Assembly (NCBI GenBank): GCA_965248265.1
Contig: CBDFJF010000002.1
Span: 2,368,001-2,432,000 of the forward strand
Source of the DNA: Candidatus Latescibacterota bacterium
GTDB lineage: Bacteria > Latescibacterota > UBA2968 > UBA8231
Direction of reading: 5' to 3'
DNA: 64,000 bases
Shown here: one piece after another, positions 10,543-19,368 of the stretch
Layout: the number at the start of each line of letters is the position of its first letter
How positions within the stretch are numbered: the first letter of the stretch is position 1
Program-made: the position numbers and the translations under genes
The notes under the pieces: generated by a model
What the model saw: only the letters and a program-made list of their open reading frames with translations
Databases searched by the model: none
What the model was told of the DNA's origin: nothing

Positions 10543-11547
10543 CTAGGCCGCCAGTACCTCTTTGGCCGCCTTCGTAGTCTCACGTACCTGGTCCAGAGTA
10601 CCCATCCCATACAGGGCCGAAGCAACACCGACCTCGTCGAAGACGAACTCGAAGGCTTTGTGTCCCAGGTAGCGGCCACCCGCCATGGCTTTGATGGCGA
10701 TCACCGGTTTACGCGCCTGACGCATGGCGTCTAGTGCCAGGTCCCGAGTCGGGAACATGTACATCCCAGGGTAGTTAACGGGCGTCAGATAGCCGTCGAC
10801 GGGGATGCCCTCCTGTTCCAGCAGTGGTATGGTGATGCCGGCGTGGTGGACGCTGGTGATCACTGTCGGAAATCGCTGTCTGAGGAAACCGATGTACTCT
10901 CGTATCAAGTCGAAGCGACCCAGCATCGCCAACAAGTCGATCTCGGCCCCCGGATCGGCGACCAGGATGTCGCAGCCGGCAAAGAAACCGAGGTACTGTT
11001 CGAGCGTGGCATAGTCGATTTCCAGGCGCGCTGCCTCATCTGGTGTGTAGGGCGCCACCTGGTCCGGAGTTACCAGGTTTTCCCATGATCCGTTAAGGGT
11101 GTAACGGAGGATTTCGTCGCGCTCCAGCTCATCGCGAAAGGCTGGCCCGCCGACGCGGTCGTTGTGGGCGTAGAAGGTAGCATGGGCTCGTTGCGAATAG
11201 CTCATGGCCTCGCCGTCCAGCGTGATCGGTATCAGGATGTAGGCCAGCAGGCCGATGTGCGTGTCCGCATGCCGCTCCGTTTCCCAGATCGCCTGCAGGT
11301 GCAACCGGTCCAGGCTGGGCAGCATATGGTCGACCTGTGCTGCAGTCACACCTTCCTCCTCGACGGCGTAACGCAGCACCTCTACTACCTGCTGCACCTG
11401 TCCGAAAGCGCGCAGGTTGTCGGCGTCCCGCTCGGCGCTCTGGTAGGAACATCCGTCGTATGGGTGAGTACCCATGATCAGTCGCGGGACTTCCACTTCG
11501 CCGACAGGGGTCGTAGGTACGCCGCAGCCTTCCAGATAGCTCTTCAT
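10543..11547 (-). CDS. Hypothetical protein with aldo/keto-reductase-like fold
   Basis: EVPRLIMGTHP at the N-terminus and KPVIAIKAMAGGR at the C-terminus; RBS AAAGGAG. Confidence 0.7.
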   Translation of the reverse strand: MKSYLEGCGVPTTPVGEVEVPRLIMGTHPYDGCSYQSAERDADNLRAFGQVQQVVEVLRYAVEEEGVTAAQVDHMLPSLDRLHLQAIWETERHADTHIGLLAYILIPITLDGEAMSYSQRAHATFYAHNDRVGGPAFRDELERDEILRYTLNGSWENLVTPDQVAPYTPDEAARLEIDYATLEQYLGFFAGCDILVADPGAEIDLLAMLGRFDLIREYIGFLRQRFPTVITSVHHAGITIPLLEQEGIPVDGYLTPVNYPGMYMFPTRDLALDAMRQARKPVIAIKAMAGGRYLGHKAFEFVFDEVGVASALYGMGTLDQVRETTKAAKEVLAA

Positions 11548-11687
11548 CAGGCGGATCTCCTTTGGGTTCCTTGTCGCATATACGATAGCGAACCTGCCGG
11601 TCTATGCCCAATTGACTCTACGGTTGGCTGTGATACCTTCCCCCCGATTATCAAGTCAGACCCATCAGCCATGCCGGGAGTGCACGA

Positions 11688-13007
11688 ATGTCCGACAAAC
11701 TAGCCTTGCTCGGTGGTTCCCCCGTCATCACGATGGAGCAGGACCACTTCACCCAGTGGCCCATCTACGGTGAGGAGGAGGCCGAGGTGGCAGCCGATCT
11801 CATCCGCAACCACAAGCTGTCCAGCTCGCAGGAAGACGGTCCGATCGTCGAGTTGGAACGGGTGGTGGCGCAACGATGGGGCGTCCAGTTCGCCATCGCT
11901 CACTCCAGCGGTACCGCTGCCCTTCGGGCAGCCCTGTACGGCGCGGGAGTTCTACCCGGCGATGAGGTCATCGTGCAGTCGGCAGTCCATCCGTACGCCT
12001 GTCTTCCCATCATCGGTTGTGGCGCCATACCGGTGTTCGCCGACCTGGACCGCGAGTTGACGACGCTGGATCCGGCGGACGTAGAGCGGCGGATCACGTC
12101 GAAAACGACAGCCGTCATCGTCGTGCACTGGAACGGCATGCCCGTCGACATGGATGCCATGCTGGACGTGGGCCGGCGACACAACATCAGGGTTATAGAA
12201 GACAACTGTGTTTCACAGGGCACGAAGTATCGCGGTACAATGTGCGGCAGTATGGGGGATGCAGGCGCGATCAGTTTTCAGGATGGCAAGCTGACGTCGG
12301 CCGGGGAAGGGGGTGTGCTCATCACCAGCGACGAGGAGATCTACCAGCGGGCGACGACACTCGGTCACTACGAGAGGTTGAAGGAAATGCCCGATCCGAA
12401 GTACCGGGGAGTATCCGGGTTCTGTTTCGGCGAGAAATACCGGATGGCGACGCTGACGGCTGCCATCGGTTGCGAGCAGATGAAGAAATGGGATCAACGC
12501 GTCACGGATCGCCGGGCGAACAGTCGTAAGCTGGGCGCAGCGCTCGCACAGATCAACGGTTTTTCGTTCCCCGAAGTACCAGACTATGTGGCCTCGCCAT
12601 ATGACCGGGGCCATATCTGTTTCGATCCGGCTCAGCTGGGTGGGGTGGACAGGGAAGCGCTGGTGAAGGCGCTGCAGGCAGAGGGGGGAAGGGTGACATC
12701 GGCGGCCCGCAAGGATACGCGGATCCCGCACACCGATCTGCCGCGCGCCCTCCACATGCATCCGGTGTTCGCCGGCAACGATGCCGGAACGGGAGAGCTT
12801 CTCCCCGAGTTACTGGGGCCGGCAGCCAGGAATATTACCAGTGGCCCAGGTAAACTGCCGGTGACGGAAGATCCTGAATCGCCATCCAATACGCTGATGT
12901 TGCCGTCGTTCTCGCGGCCAGCCGATGAGCTGATCGCTCAGTACGTGCACGCCTTCAAGAAGGTCTCGGCCCAGGCAGACCAGCTTGCGGCCAGTGGAGG
13001 CGAGTAG
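11688..13007 (+). CDS. DegT/DnrJ/EryC1/StrS family PLP aminotransferase
   Basis: SSGTAAL, PGDEVI, VIEDNC, SFQDGKLTSAGEGG. Confidence 0.92.
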   Translation: MSDKLALLGGSPVITMEQDHFTQWPIYGEEEAEVAADLIRNHKLSSSQEDGPIVELERVVAQRWGVQFAIAHSSGTAALRAALYGAGVLPGDEVIVQSAVHPYACLPIIGCGAIPVFADLDRELTTLDPADVERRITSKTTAVIVVHWNGMPVDMDAMLDVGRRHNIRVIEDNCVSQGTKYRGTMCGSMGDAGAISFQDGKLTSAGEGGVLITSDEEIYQRATTLGHYERLKEMPDPKYRGVSGFCFGEKYRMATLTAAIGCEQMKKWDQRVTDRRANSRKLGAALAQINGFSFPEVPDYVASPYDRGHICFDPAQLGGVDREALVKALQAEGGRVTSAARKDTRIPHTDLPRALHMHPVFAGNDAGTGELLPELLGPAARNITSGPGKLPVTEDPESPSNTLMLPSFSRPADELIAQYVHAFKKVSAQADQLAASGGE

Positions 13008-13867
13008 TGCTCCTCGACTCCCACACCCATCTCACCACACAGCGGTCTCTCGAAAACGTGTTCGCCCACCTGGAACACTACGGTGAGGGCAGGTCAGTGG
13101 TGTTGCCGATCGAAGCTGGCGACTGTACTGGTGTGGGACCCGGCAACGCCGATTGGCGTACAGAACTGACGGTCGAGGCCTTCGAACAGCACCCCGACAA
13201 GGTCATCCCGTTCTGCCACGTCAATCCGCTGGCGCGGGATGCCATGGATCAGCTGCGGGCACATCACGCAACCGGGATTTTTCGCGGGTTCGGGGAGCAC
13301 AAGGTCCGCATCGCTTGCGACCATCCGGCGTCGATGCAGATCTACCGGTTCTGTGGCGAGGTCGGGTGGCCGGTGCTCATGCACTTCGACTACCAGGATT
13401 TCCACAACTACAACATCGAGGCCTTCGACAAGGTGCTCGAGGCGTGTCCGGACACCAGGTTCATCGGTCACGCTCAATCATGGTGGGCGAACATCAGCTG
13501 CGAGGTCGCCCGCGACTATACCGCGCCCGAATTCACGGAGTACCCAAAGGGTCCGATCGTGCCCGGCGGGTTGATCGACCTGTGGCTGGAAAAGTACCCC
13601 AATCTCTACACCGACCTTTCGGCTAAATCGGCTTATTTCGCTCTGACTCGGGAGCCCGAGTTTACGAAGGACTTTCTAACGCGGCACAGGGCCAAGCTTA
13701 TCTGGGGGAGTGACTGTCCCTGCCTCAACGGCAAGGGGGACCTGGTGAATGGTGGTCATCGTGACTGTCTGTCGGGTTTGACGCTGCCGCTGTTGCGCGA
13801 GCACTGCGACGACGACCACTACGAGGATCTCGTACATCGCAATGCAGAGCGCCTGCTCGGGCTGTGA
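13007..13867 (+). CDS. Amidohydrolase_2 family protein
   Basis: DSHTH, GFGEHK, FIGH, LYTDLS, WGSD. Confidence 0.88.
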   Translation: MLLDSHTHLTTQRSLENVFAHLEHYGEGRSVVLPIEAGDCTGVGPGNADWRTELTVEAFEQHPDKVIPFCHVNPLARDAMDQLRAHHATGIFRGFGEHKVRIACDHPASMQIYRFCGEVGWPVLMHFDYQDFHNYNIEAFDKVLEACPDTRFIGHAQSWWANISCEVARDYTAPEFTEYPKGPIVPGGLIDLWLEKYPNLYTDLSAKSAYFALTREPEFTKDFLTRHRAKLIWGSDCPCLNGKGDLVNGGHRDCLSGLTLPLLREHCDDDHYEDLVHRNAERLLGL

Positions 13868-13900
13868 TCAAGTTTCTGCCACAGGGACTAAGGAGAAGGT

Positions 13901-14317
13901 ATGAGTAATCTTGAGCGCTCAGTTTTGATACCCGACGGTGTCGCACCGCCGGGAGGCAAGTACACGCACGCCATCAGGGTCCGGGGTGGGGAGTTGCTCT
14001 TTATCTCCGGTCAGGTTGCCATCGACGCGACAGGGGAGTTCGTCGGCAAGGGAGATGTGGCGACCCAGACACGCCAGGTTTTCGAGAACCTGGGTAATGT
14101 CCTCAAGACGGCCGGCGGCAGCTTCGCCGATGTCGTCGAGTTGATGTACTACATCGTCGGTAGGAGTTCGGTGGCCGGTTTCATGGAAGCACGAACGGCC
14201 ATCTTCGACGAGATCTTTGCTGATGGCAATTATCCGACGGCTACCCTGCTGGTGGTCGAAGGTCTGGCGAGTGAGGACTTCCTGGTGGAGGTCTCGGCGG
14301 TAGCGGCACTGCCATGA
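13901..14317 (+). CDS. RidA/YjgF/YER057c family protein
   Basis: LLFISGQV, QTRQVFENL, YPTATL..VEVSAVA. Confidence 0.9.
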   Translation: MSNLERSVLIPDGVAPPGGKYTHAIRVRGGELLFISGQVAIDATGEFVGKGDVATQTRQVFENLGNVLKTAGGSFADVVELMYYIVGRSSVAGFMEARTAIFDEIFADGNYPTATLLVVEGLASEDFLVEVSAVAALP

Positions 14318-15210
14318 GAGTGACCCACGATACGGAAGGAGACAGGGTGGTCATCCGGGTGGAGGGCCTGCGCCAATCGGTCACGGCGCTGCATCTGGGG
14401 GATCTGCACATGGCCGTCGTCGACGAGCGCGACTCCGACAGGCTCGAAGTCTGTGTTGGAATAGGTGAGCGCTTCCACCACCGCCATGACAACAACGACG
14501 CCGACGGCAATACCATTCCTCAGGAGACAGCCTTCGTTCACATCCTGGAGGTGGCGAAGCAGGAGCAGGTGGATGTGCTGGCCCTGATCGGCGACATCGT
14601 CGACTTCCCGGCTGCCGCCAATGTCGAGTACGCCAAGGGCCTCATCGACGAGTCAGGGATACCATCCGTGTACACAGCGGGCAACCACGACTGGTGCTTC
14701 TTCGGCGAAGAGCCGACGTCGCAGGTACGCCGGTCATTCTGGCCTCGGTTGGATCCGCTGACAGGAGGCGAGCCGGCCTTTTCGAGCCGCGAGATTGGCG
14801 GGATCCTGTTCGTCACCGTCGACAACTCCATTTACCAGGTCGAAGAGGACCAGTTGGAGTCGATGCGCCAGGCACTGGCGGCGGGCCTGCCGACAGTGCT
14901 GCTTTGCCACATTCCGATCAGTCTGCCGACGCTGCGCCCCGCGGTCATGGAGGCGATGAACGGCAGCCCGATCATGATGGCTGATCCGGACTGGGCACCG
15001 GAGTCTCGCAAGGAAAACCTGGTCGAGGACACCACGCCTGCGACGCTGGAGTTCGTCCGGCTCGTCAGTCAGGCGCAGAACCTGGTGGCGATTTTGACCG
15101 GCCACTGCCACATCCCGCACGCTGATGCCATCAACCCGTGGGCAGTGCAGTACCTGGCGCCTCCGGGTTATGCCGGGGAGTATGGTCTTTTCGAGTTTGA
15201 GCCCCTGTGA
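14314..15210 (+). CDS. Metallophosphoesterase
   Basis: GDLH, GDIVD, GNHD, GHCH. Confidence 0.9.
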   Translation: MRVTHDTEGDRVVIRVEGLRQSVTALHLGDLHMAVVDERDSDRLEVCVGIGERFHHRHDNNDADGNTIPQETAFVHILEVAKQEQVDVLALIGDIVDFPAAANVEYAKGLIDESGIPSVYTAGNHDWCFFGEEPTSQVRRSFWPRLDPLTGGEPAFSSREIGGILFVTVDNSIYQVEEDQLESMRQALAAGLPTVLLCHIPISLPTLRPAVMEAMNGSPIMMADPDWAPESRKENLVEDTTPATLEFVRLVSQAQNLVAILTGHCHIPHADAINPWAVQYLAPPGYAGEYGLFEFEPL

Positions 15211-15217
15211 GGTCGGC

Positions 15218-16297
15218 ATGAAACCGTCGACATCACAAATCCGCACCTACACAATTCAAGAGTGGCTCTTCGAAGAAGCTCAAGGAGCCTTCGAGATCGA
15301 TCTGGGCGAGAGCGGCATTCAACACCACTACCTCAGCGACCTCGAGCCGGATCCGGCGTTCGATCTCAATTATTCGCAGGATCGCGGAGATGAGAAACTG
15401 CGCCGCCTGATCGGCGAGATGTACGGCGCCGGACCGGAGAACGTCATCATCACGCACGGCAGCCAGGAGGCATTGTACCTTTTTTACGGCTGCCATATCG
15501 GCTCCGACGATCATGTCATCACCTTTACTCCTGGTTGGCAGCAGTCATGGGAAGTGCCCGAGCACCTGGGTGCTCAGGTCACGAAAATCGCCCTGACCCA
15601 GGATTCGGGGTACGCCATCGATTGGGGTATGGTTTCAAAGAGCCTACAGGACAACACGCGGCTGCTGATCCTGTGCTCTCCCAACAATCCCCTCGGGACG
15701 GCTCTTTCAGAGGCCGACTGGACACAGCTCGAGCGGCTACGCGCTGAGCGGCAGATCCCGGTACTCGTCGACGAGGAGTACCTGACGGACTACAAGGGGT
15801 CTGTGTTCAACCGCGCTTCCGGTTACGCAGTCAGCAGCCTATCCAAGATCTACGGCTTTCCCGGATTGCGTCTCGGGTGGATGGTGGGGGACAGCGAGGC
15901 CATCGACCGGATGGTGAATCTGAAGCGCTACACGACGGTATGTAACTCTTCGCTGTGCGAACAGCTGGCGCTGCAGGTGCTGGGGGAGAAGCGGACACAT
16001 TATCTCGAGCGTTTTGCGCGTCTCTGTCACGGTGGACTGGAGATGCTGCGGGACTGGGCGCATGGCCAGCCAGCTCTGTCGCTGATTGAGCCACAGGGCA
16101 CGCCCTTCGCCTACCTGGCCTACGGCGGCCCCGGCACATCGGCCGAATTTTGCAGGAGGCTGCTACGCGAAAATAGTGTCCTGTTGATGCCGGCTGAAGT
16201 GTTCGAAGATCGTCAGGCCGTGCGATTGAGTTTCGGAAGGGAGCCCGAGGTTCTGCGAGCCGGACTGGATCGCATCGGCACTGTGCTCACACCATAG
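15218..16297 (+). CDS. Class I/II PLP-dependent aminotransferase-like enzyme
   Basis: THGSQEAL, SPNNPLG, DEEY, SSLSKIYGFPGLRLGW; start set to the ATG at 15218. Confidence 0.88.
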   Translation: MKPSTSQIRTYTIQEWLFEEAQGAFEIDLGESGIQHHYLSDLEPDPAFDLNYSQDRGDEKLRRLIGEMYGAGPENVIITHGSQEALYLFYGCHIGSDDHVITFTPGWQQSWEVPEHLGAQVTKIALTQDSGYAIDWGMVSKSLQDNTRLLILCSPNNPLGTALSEADWTQLERLRAERQIPVLVDEEYLTDYKGSVFNRASGYAVSSLSKIYGFPGLRLGWMVGDSEAIDRMVNLKRYTTVCNSSLCEQLALQVLGEKRTHYLERFARLCHGGLEMLRDWAHGQPALSLIEPQGTPFAYLAYGGPGTSAEFCRRLLRENSVLLMPAEVFEDRQAVRLSFGREPEVLRAGLDRIGTVLTP

Positions 16298-16326
16298 CGT
16301 CACGATGCACATGACGCCTGGATCGA

Positions 16327-17388
16327 TCACGAATGGCGCGCCCGCAACAGTAGCGCCGCGTCGCACATCACCCTGAGTTTGGCGTAGGCCTCATCCAGAT
16401 CCATGGGGTTTTGCACCGATGGTGAGAAGCCGCAATCGGGATGCAGCGCGATACGCTTCAAGTCGACGAATCGCATTGCCTCTTCAACCCGCGTAACCAC
16501 GACCTCCTCCGTTTCGATTGCACGGTCGCAGTGATCGATGCATCCCAGGCCCAACATCATGTGCTCGGGGAACTGCGCCAGACAACCCATGCCGCCGGAG
16601 ACTGGCGTGGCCAACTCCAGTGACAGGGTATCGACTTTAAGTCGGGCAAGGCCAGGCATCAGTACATCGTATGCCCCTTCGCTGCCGTGTTGGTGATCGA
16701 AGTGCGCATGACACAGGTGCATGCCGATGTCGATGCCGGCGTCGGCAACCGTGTCATTGACCAGGTCAACACAAAGCGAGACTTCACTGTCGATGTCCGC
16801 GATTCCATCCTGCCGTCGGACCTCCGGGTCGACGAGGCGATTGAGCCACGGCTCGTCCAGCTGCACGGTGTCGGCGCCGGCGTTCTTGAGTTCCTGGATT
16901 TCCCGTCGTAGGACTTCGACGCAAGCCCGCATGAGCAGCTCTGGTGTGGGGTAGGCCTTGGCCGAGTGCTCCGGGTGCCACATCCTGCGGCCAATCGTGT
17001 ACGGCCCGGGCAAGGTTGCCTTCACCCGCCGTTCCGTCCGAGATCGCAAAAAACGGATCTCCTGTCCCGCGATCGGGCGGTAGTACTCGAGCGGCGCGAC
17101 GACGGCAGGATACGGCAGACCGCTGATGACCAGGTCAGGTTCGAAGCCGCGAACGCGCTCGGCAAACACCTTTACGTAGCTCTCTCGCCGCCACTCGCCG
17201 TCGGTGATCTCGTCCAGACCCGCCCGTTCCTGCATCAGAATGGCCGACTCGATGGCGCGATCCAGGATGCGATCCGCATCCTCCTCGGAGATCACCTCGT
17301 CTTTGCGCTCGAGTATCAATTCGCGAACCCATTCGGGGCGCGGGAGACTGCCGATTACGGTGGTCGGAAAAAGCTGTGTATCGGTCAT
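16327..17388 (-). CDS. Cobalamin-independent methionine synthase II family protein (single barrel)
   Basis: IGSLPRP, TDGEWRR, QLDEP, HLCH, HPDCGF. Confidence 0.9.
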   Translation of the reverse strand: MTDTQLFPTTVIGSLPRPEWVRELILERKDEVISEEDADRILDRAIESAILMQERAGLDEITDGEWRRESYVKVFAERVRGFEPDLVISGLPYPAVVAPLEYYRPIAGQEIRFLRSRTERRVKATLPGPYTIGRRMWHPEHSAKAYPTPELLMRACVEVLRREIQELKNAGADTVQLDEPWLNRLVDPEVRRQDGIADIDSEVSLCVDLVNDTVADAGIDIGMHLCHAHFDHQHGSEGAYDVLMPGLARLKVDTLSLELATPVSGGMGCLAQFPEHMMLGLGCIDHCDRAIETEEVVVTRVEEAMRFVDLKRIALHPDCGFSPSVQNPMDLDEAYAKLRVMCDAALLLRARHS

Positions 17389-17561
17389 AGCACTGGACCT
17401 CGAAAATGGTGAGGGAGCATCGCAGGCCCATTACGGTAACACAACCGGTGAGGTGGCAACAGTTATGGCCCTTCACCCACAACTCCACGCTCGATGACAG
17501 GGCACACAATGCCTATGCTTTTCGAGTTCCCGTCGACGGCGGCCAACATCTGGAGATTCGA

Positions 17562-18380
17562 ATGAAGGATCATACCGCACCTCCCATCTCGATGACCGAA
17601 GAGCAGAAGTTCTTCTTCGATCTGCGGGGCTGGATCCTTCTGCCTTCCGCGCTGACCGAACAAGAGGTCGTAGATATGAAGGCCGAGTGTTACGCCGGCG
17701 CTGCTCGAAGCTTCGATGGGGCTCTGTGCGGACTACTCGATCATCCATCTATCGCGGGAATCCTCACCGAGGTGCTGACGGAGAAGCCGTTCGAGCGTGA
17801 TGAGTGCTACGGTTTTCGTTGCGAGGGCTCCCACATCACGGTGCGTCCCGCGGGGTGGAGCAAGCCCGAAGAGGGCACCGGCACTCCACATGTAGTGCGC
17901 CCGCCCCAGCAGGCCAACGCCATGCGCTACCAGGTGGCGGGGAAGAAAATCTTCTCTGGTCTCACTCGAGTAGTCTGGGAGCTGGAAGAGGTAAAAGCAG
18001 GCCACGGCGGCACCACCTTTCTCAGTGGCTCTCACAAGGCCCATTTCAACTACGGCGGTCCCGACCCGTACCAGCCCAACATCAGTGAGTCCCCGTGGGA
18101 GGACAACCTGCGGGCGGCGATGGAGGATTACAGCTGTCCAGCGGGTTCGGCAATCATTTTCACGGAGAGTCTGGCGCACGCGTCCAATGACTGGACCAAT
18201 CCCGACAACCCGCGTTGCGCCGTGTTCAACTGCTACAACTCCATCTGGTCACAGTGGCACCGGCTCAACGTGGCGCACGAAGTGATCGAGGCGATGCCGC
18301 CAAAGCGGAGGACGCTTTTCAGGGGCGTGTGGGAGCTGGGGGGCAATACGGAATACTCGATGGAGAATCGGGCGTTGTAA
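17562..18380 (+). CDS. Phytanoyl-CoA dioxygenase (PhyH) family protein
   Basis: EQKFFFDLRGW, GGTTFLSGSHK, PAGSAIIFTESLAH; RBS GGAG before 17562. Confidence 0.85.
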   Translation: MKDHTAPPISMTEEQKFFFDLRGWILLPSALTEQEVVDMKAECYAGAARSFDGALCGLLDHPSIAGILTEVLTEKPFERDECYGFRCEGSHITVRPAGWSKPEEGTGTPHVVRPPQQANAMRYQVAGKKIFSGLTRVVWELEEVKAGHGGTTFLSGSHKAHFNYGGPDPYQPNISESPWEDNLRAAMEDYSCPAGSAIIFTESLAHASNDWTNPDNPRCAVFNCYNSIWSQWHRLNVAHEVIEAMPPKRRTLFRGVWELGGNTEYSMENRAL

Positions 18381-18414
18381 GGCTCTGACTCAGCCGCGGT
18401 GCGCGATAGGTACC

Positions 18415-18565
18415 CCGACGTGTGACGCGACGTGGGCCAACCGCCCAGGTACACGGCACTAAGACCAGCCTGTCAGATTAGTCTGGCCGAGGTCATGTCA
18501 TAGCAGCAGGGAGCGACCAGGATCTGGTCTCGCGCCAGCAGTTGTTTCAATGTCATCTGGTTGTC
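18415..18565 (-). pseudogene. 5' fragment of an isocitrate lyase/PEP mutase gene (diverged copy of 27321-27472)
   Basis: DNA aligns by eye with 27321-27472 (DNQMTLKQLLARDQILVAPCCYDM..VYLGG). Confidence 0.85.
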
Positions 18566-18629
18566 GGTACGTCCGGATGGCAAGTGATGATGTGGAGGCC
18601 CGAACCATCACTGTCCGCCACGGCAAGAT

Positions 18630-19197
18630 GGGCTGGCCTGGGACTCAGCTGGCGCATGCTCCTGCGCTACGCCGGACTCAATATCCAGATGCGCCAGTCC
18701 GGCCAGTATCGAGGGCAAAACAGGATTTCCAAGAAGGGACGACCGCTACTGCGAAAAATTCTCGGCCAGGTTATTCTACCCCTGGTACGGCGAACGGGTT
18801 TATACGGCGACTACTACCAGCGCAAGCGCCTCTCCATGCCGGGACGGAAAGCCATGATCGCGGTGATGAGACATTTCCTGCGTAAACTTCATGGCTGGTA
18901 CCGCTCTGGACAGGCATTCAATGCCGAACGCTATTTCAGCTCATCCGTAGCTTGCTCTCAAAGGCAGGCTGCCTGAGAAGATCCCGACAAGAGGAACTGG
19001 CCAGAGATGACCGTTATCGATTCGTGACTCCCTCGGGAGATCACCCAGATTACAATCCTGTCACTCTGGCCACTACTTCTTCAACATGGCCAGAAAAGTA
19101 TGACGGTCTCTTTTGAAGACCGAAATGAGATTATTGCCAGTTGAAGAAATCCTCCGATTTGCAGAGAAAAGCCTTGACTCCTTTCGTCTAAAGAGAT
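18630..19197 (+). mobile_element. Truncated IS110-family element: transposase C-terminus plus 3' non-coding end
   Basis: LLRYAGLNIQMRQSGQYRGQNRISKKGRPLLRKIL..KAMIAVMRH (Transposase_20-like, stop 18976); DEDD domain absent; TTGACT at 19174 near the inferred end AAAGAG-AT. Confidence 0.85.
18991..19154 (+). ncRNA. Putative IS110/IS1111-type bridge (seek) RNA with two guide loops
   Basis: Stem 18998-19011/19060-19072 with inner hairpin 19024-19044; stem 19077-19090/19136-19148 with inner hairpin 19104-19122; closing GAGGA/TCCTC; loop sequences match the element end and flank. Confidence 0.75.
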
Positions 19198-19368
19198 CGA
19201 TAATGGGCGTTATTTTTCCTATCCTCAGGACGCTTCTCCGCGCGCGGGCGATCTTGACTACCCATAGCGGGCCCTTATCGTTCTTATCCGTCCATTTCAT
19301 TGTTCAAGCGAGACGATCCTTGTCACAAAGAGAGCGCGATCAGCCGTCCCCTTCTGGTAGGGCACCTG

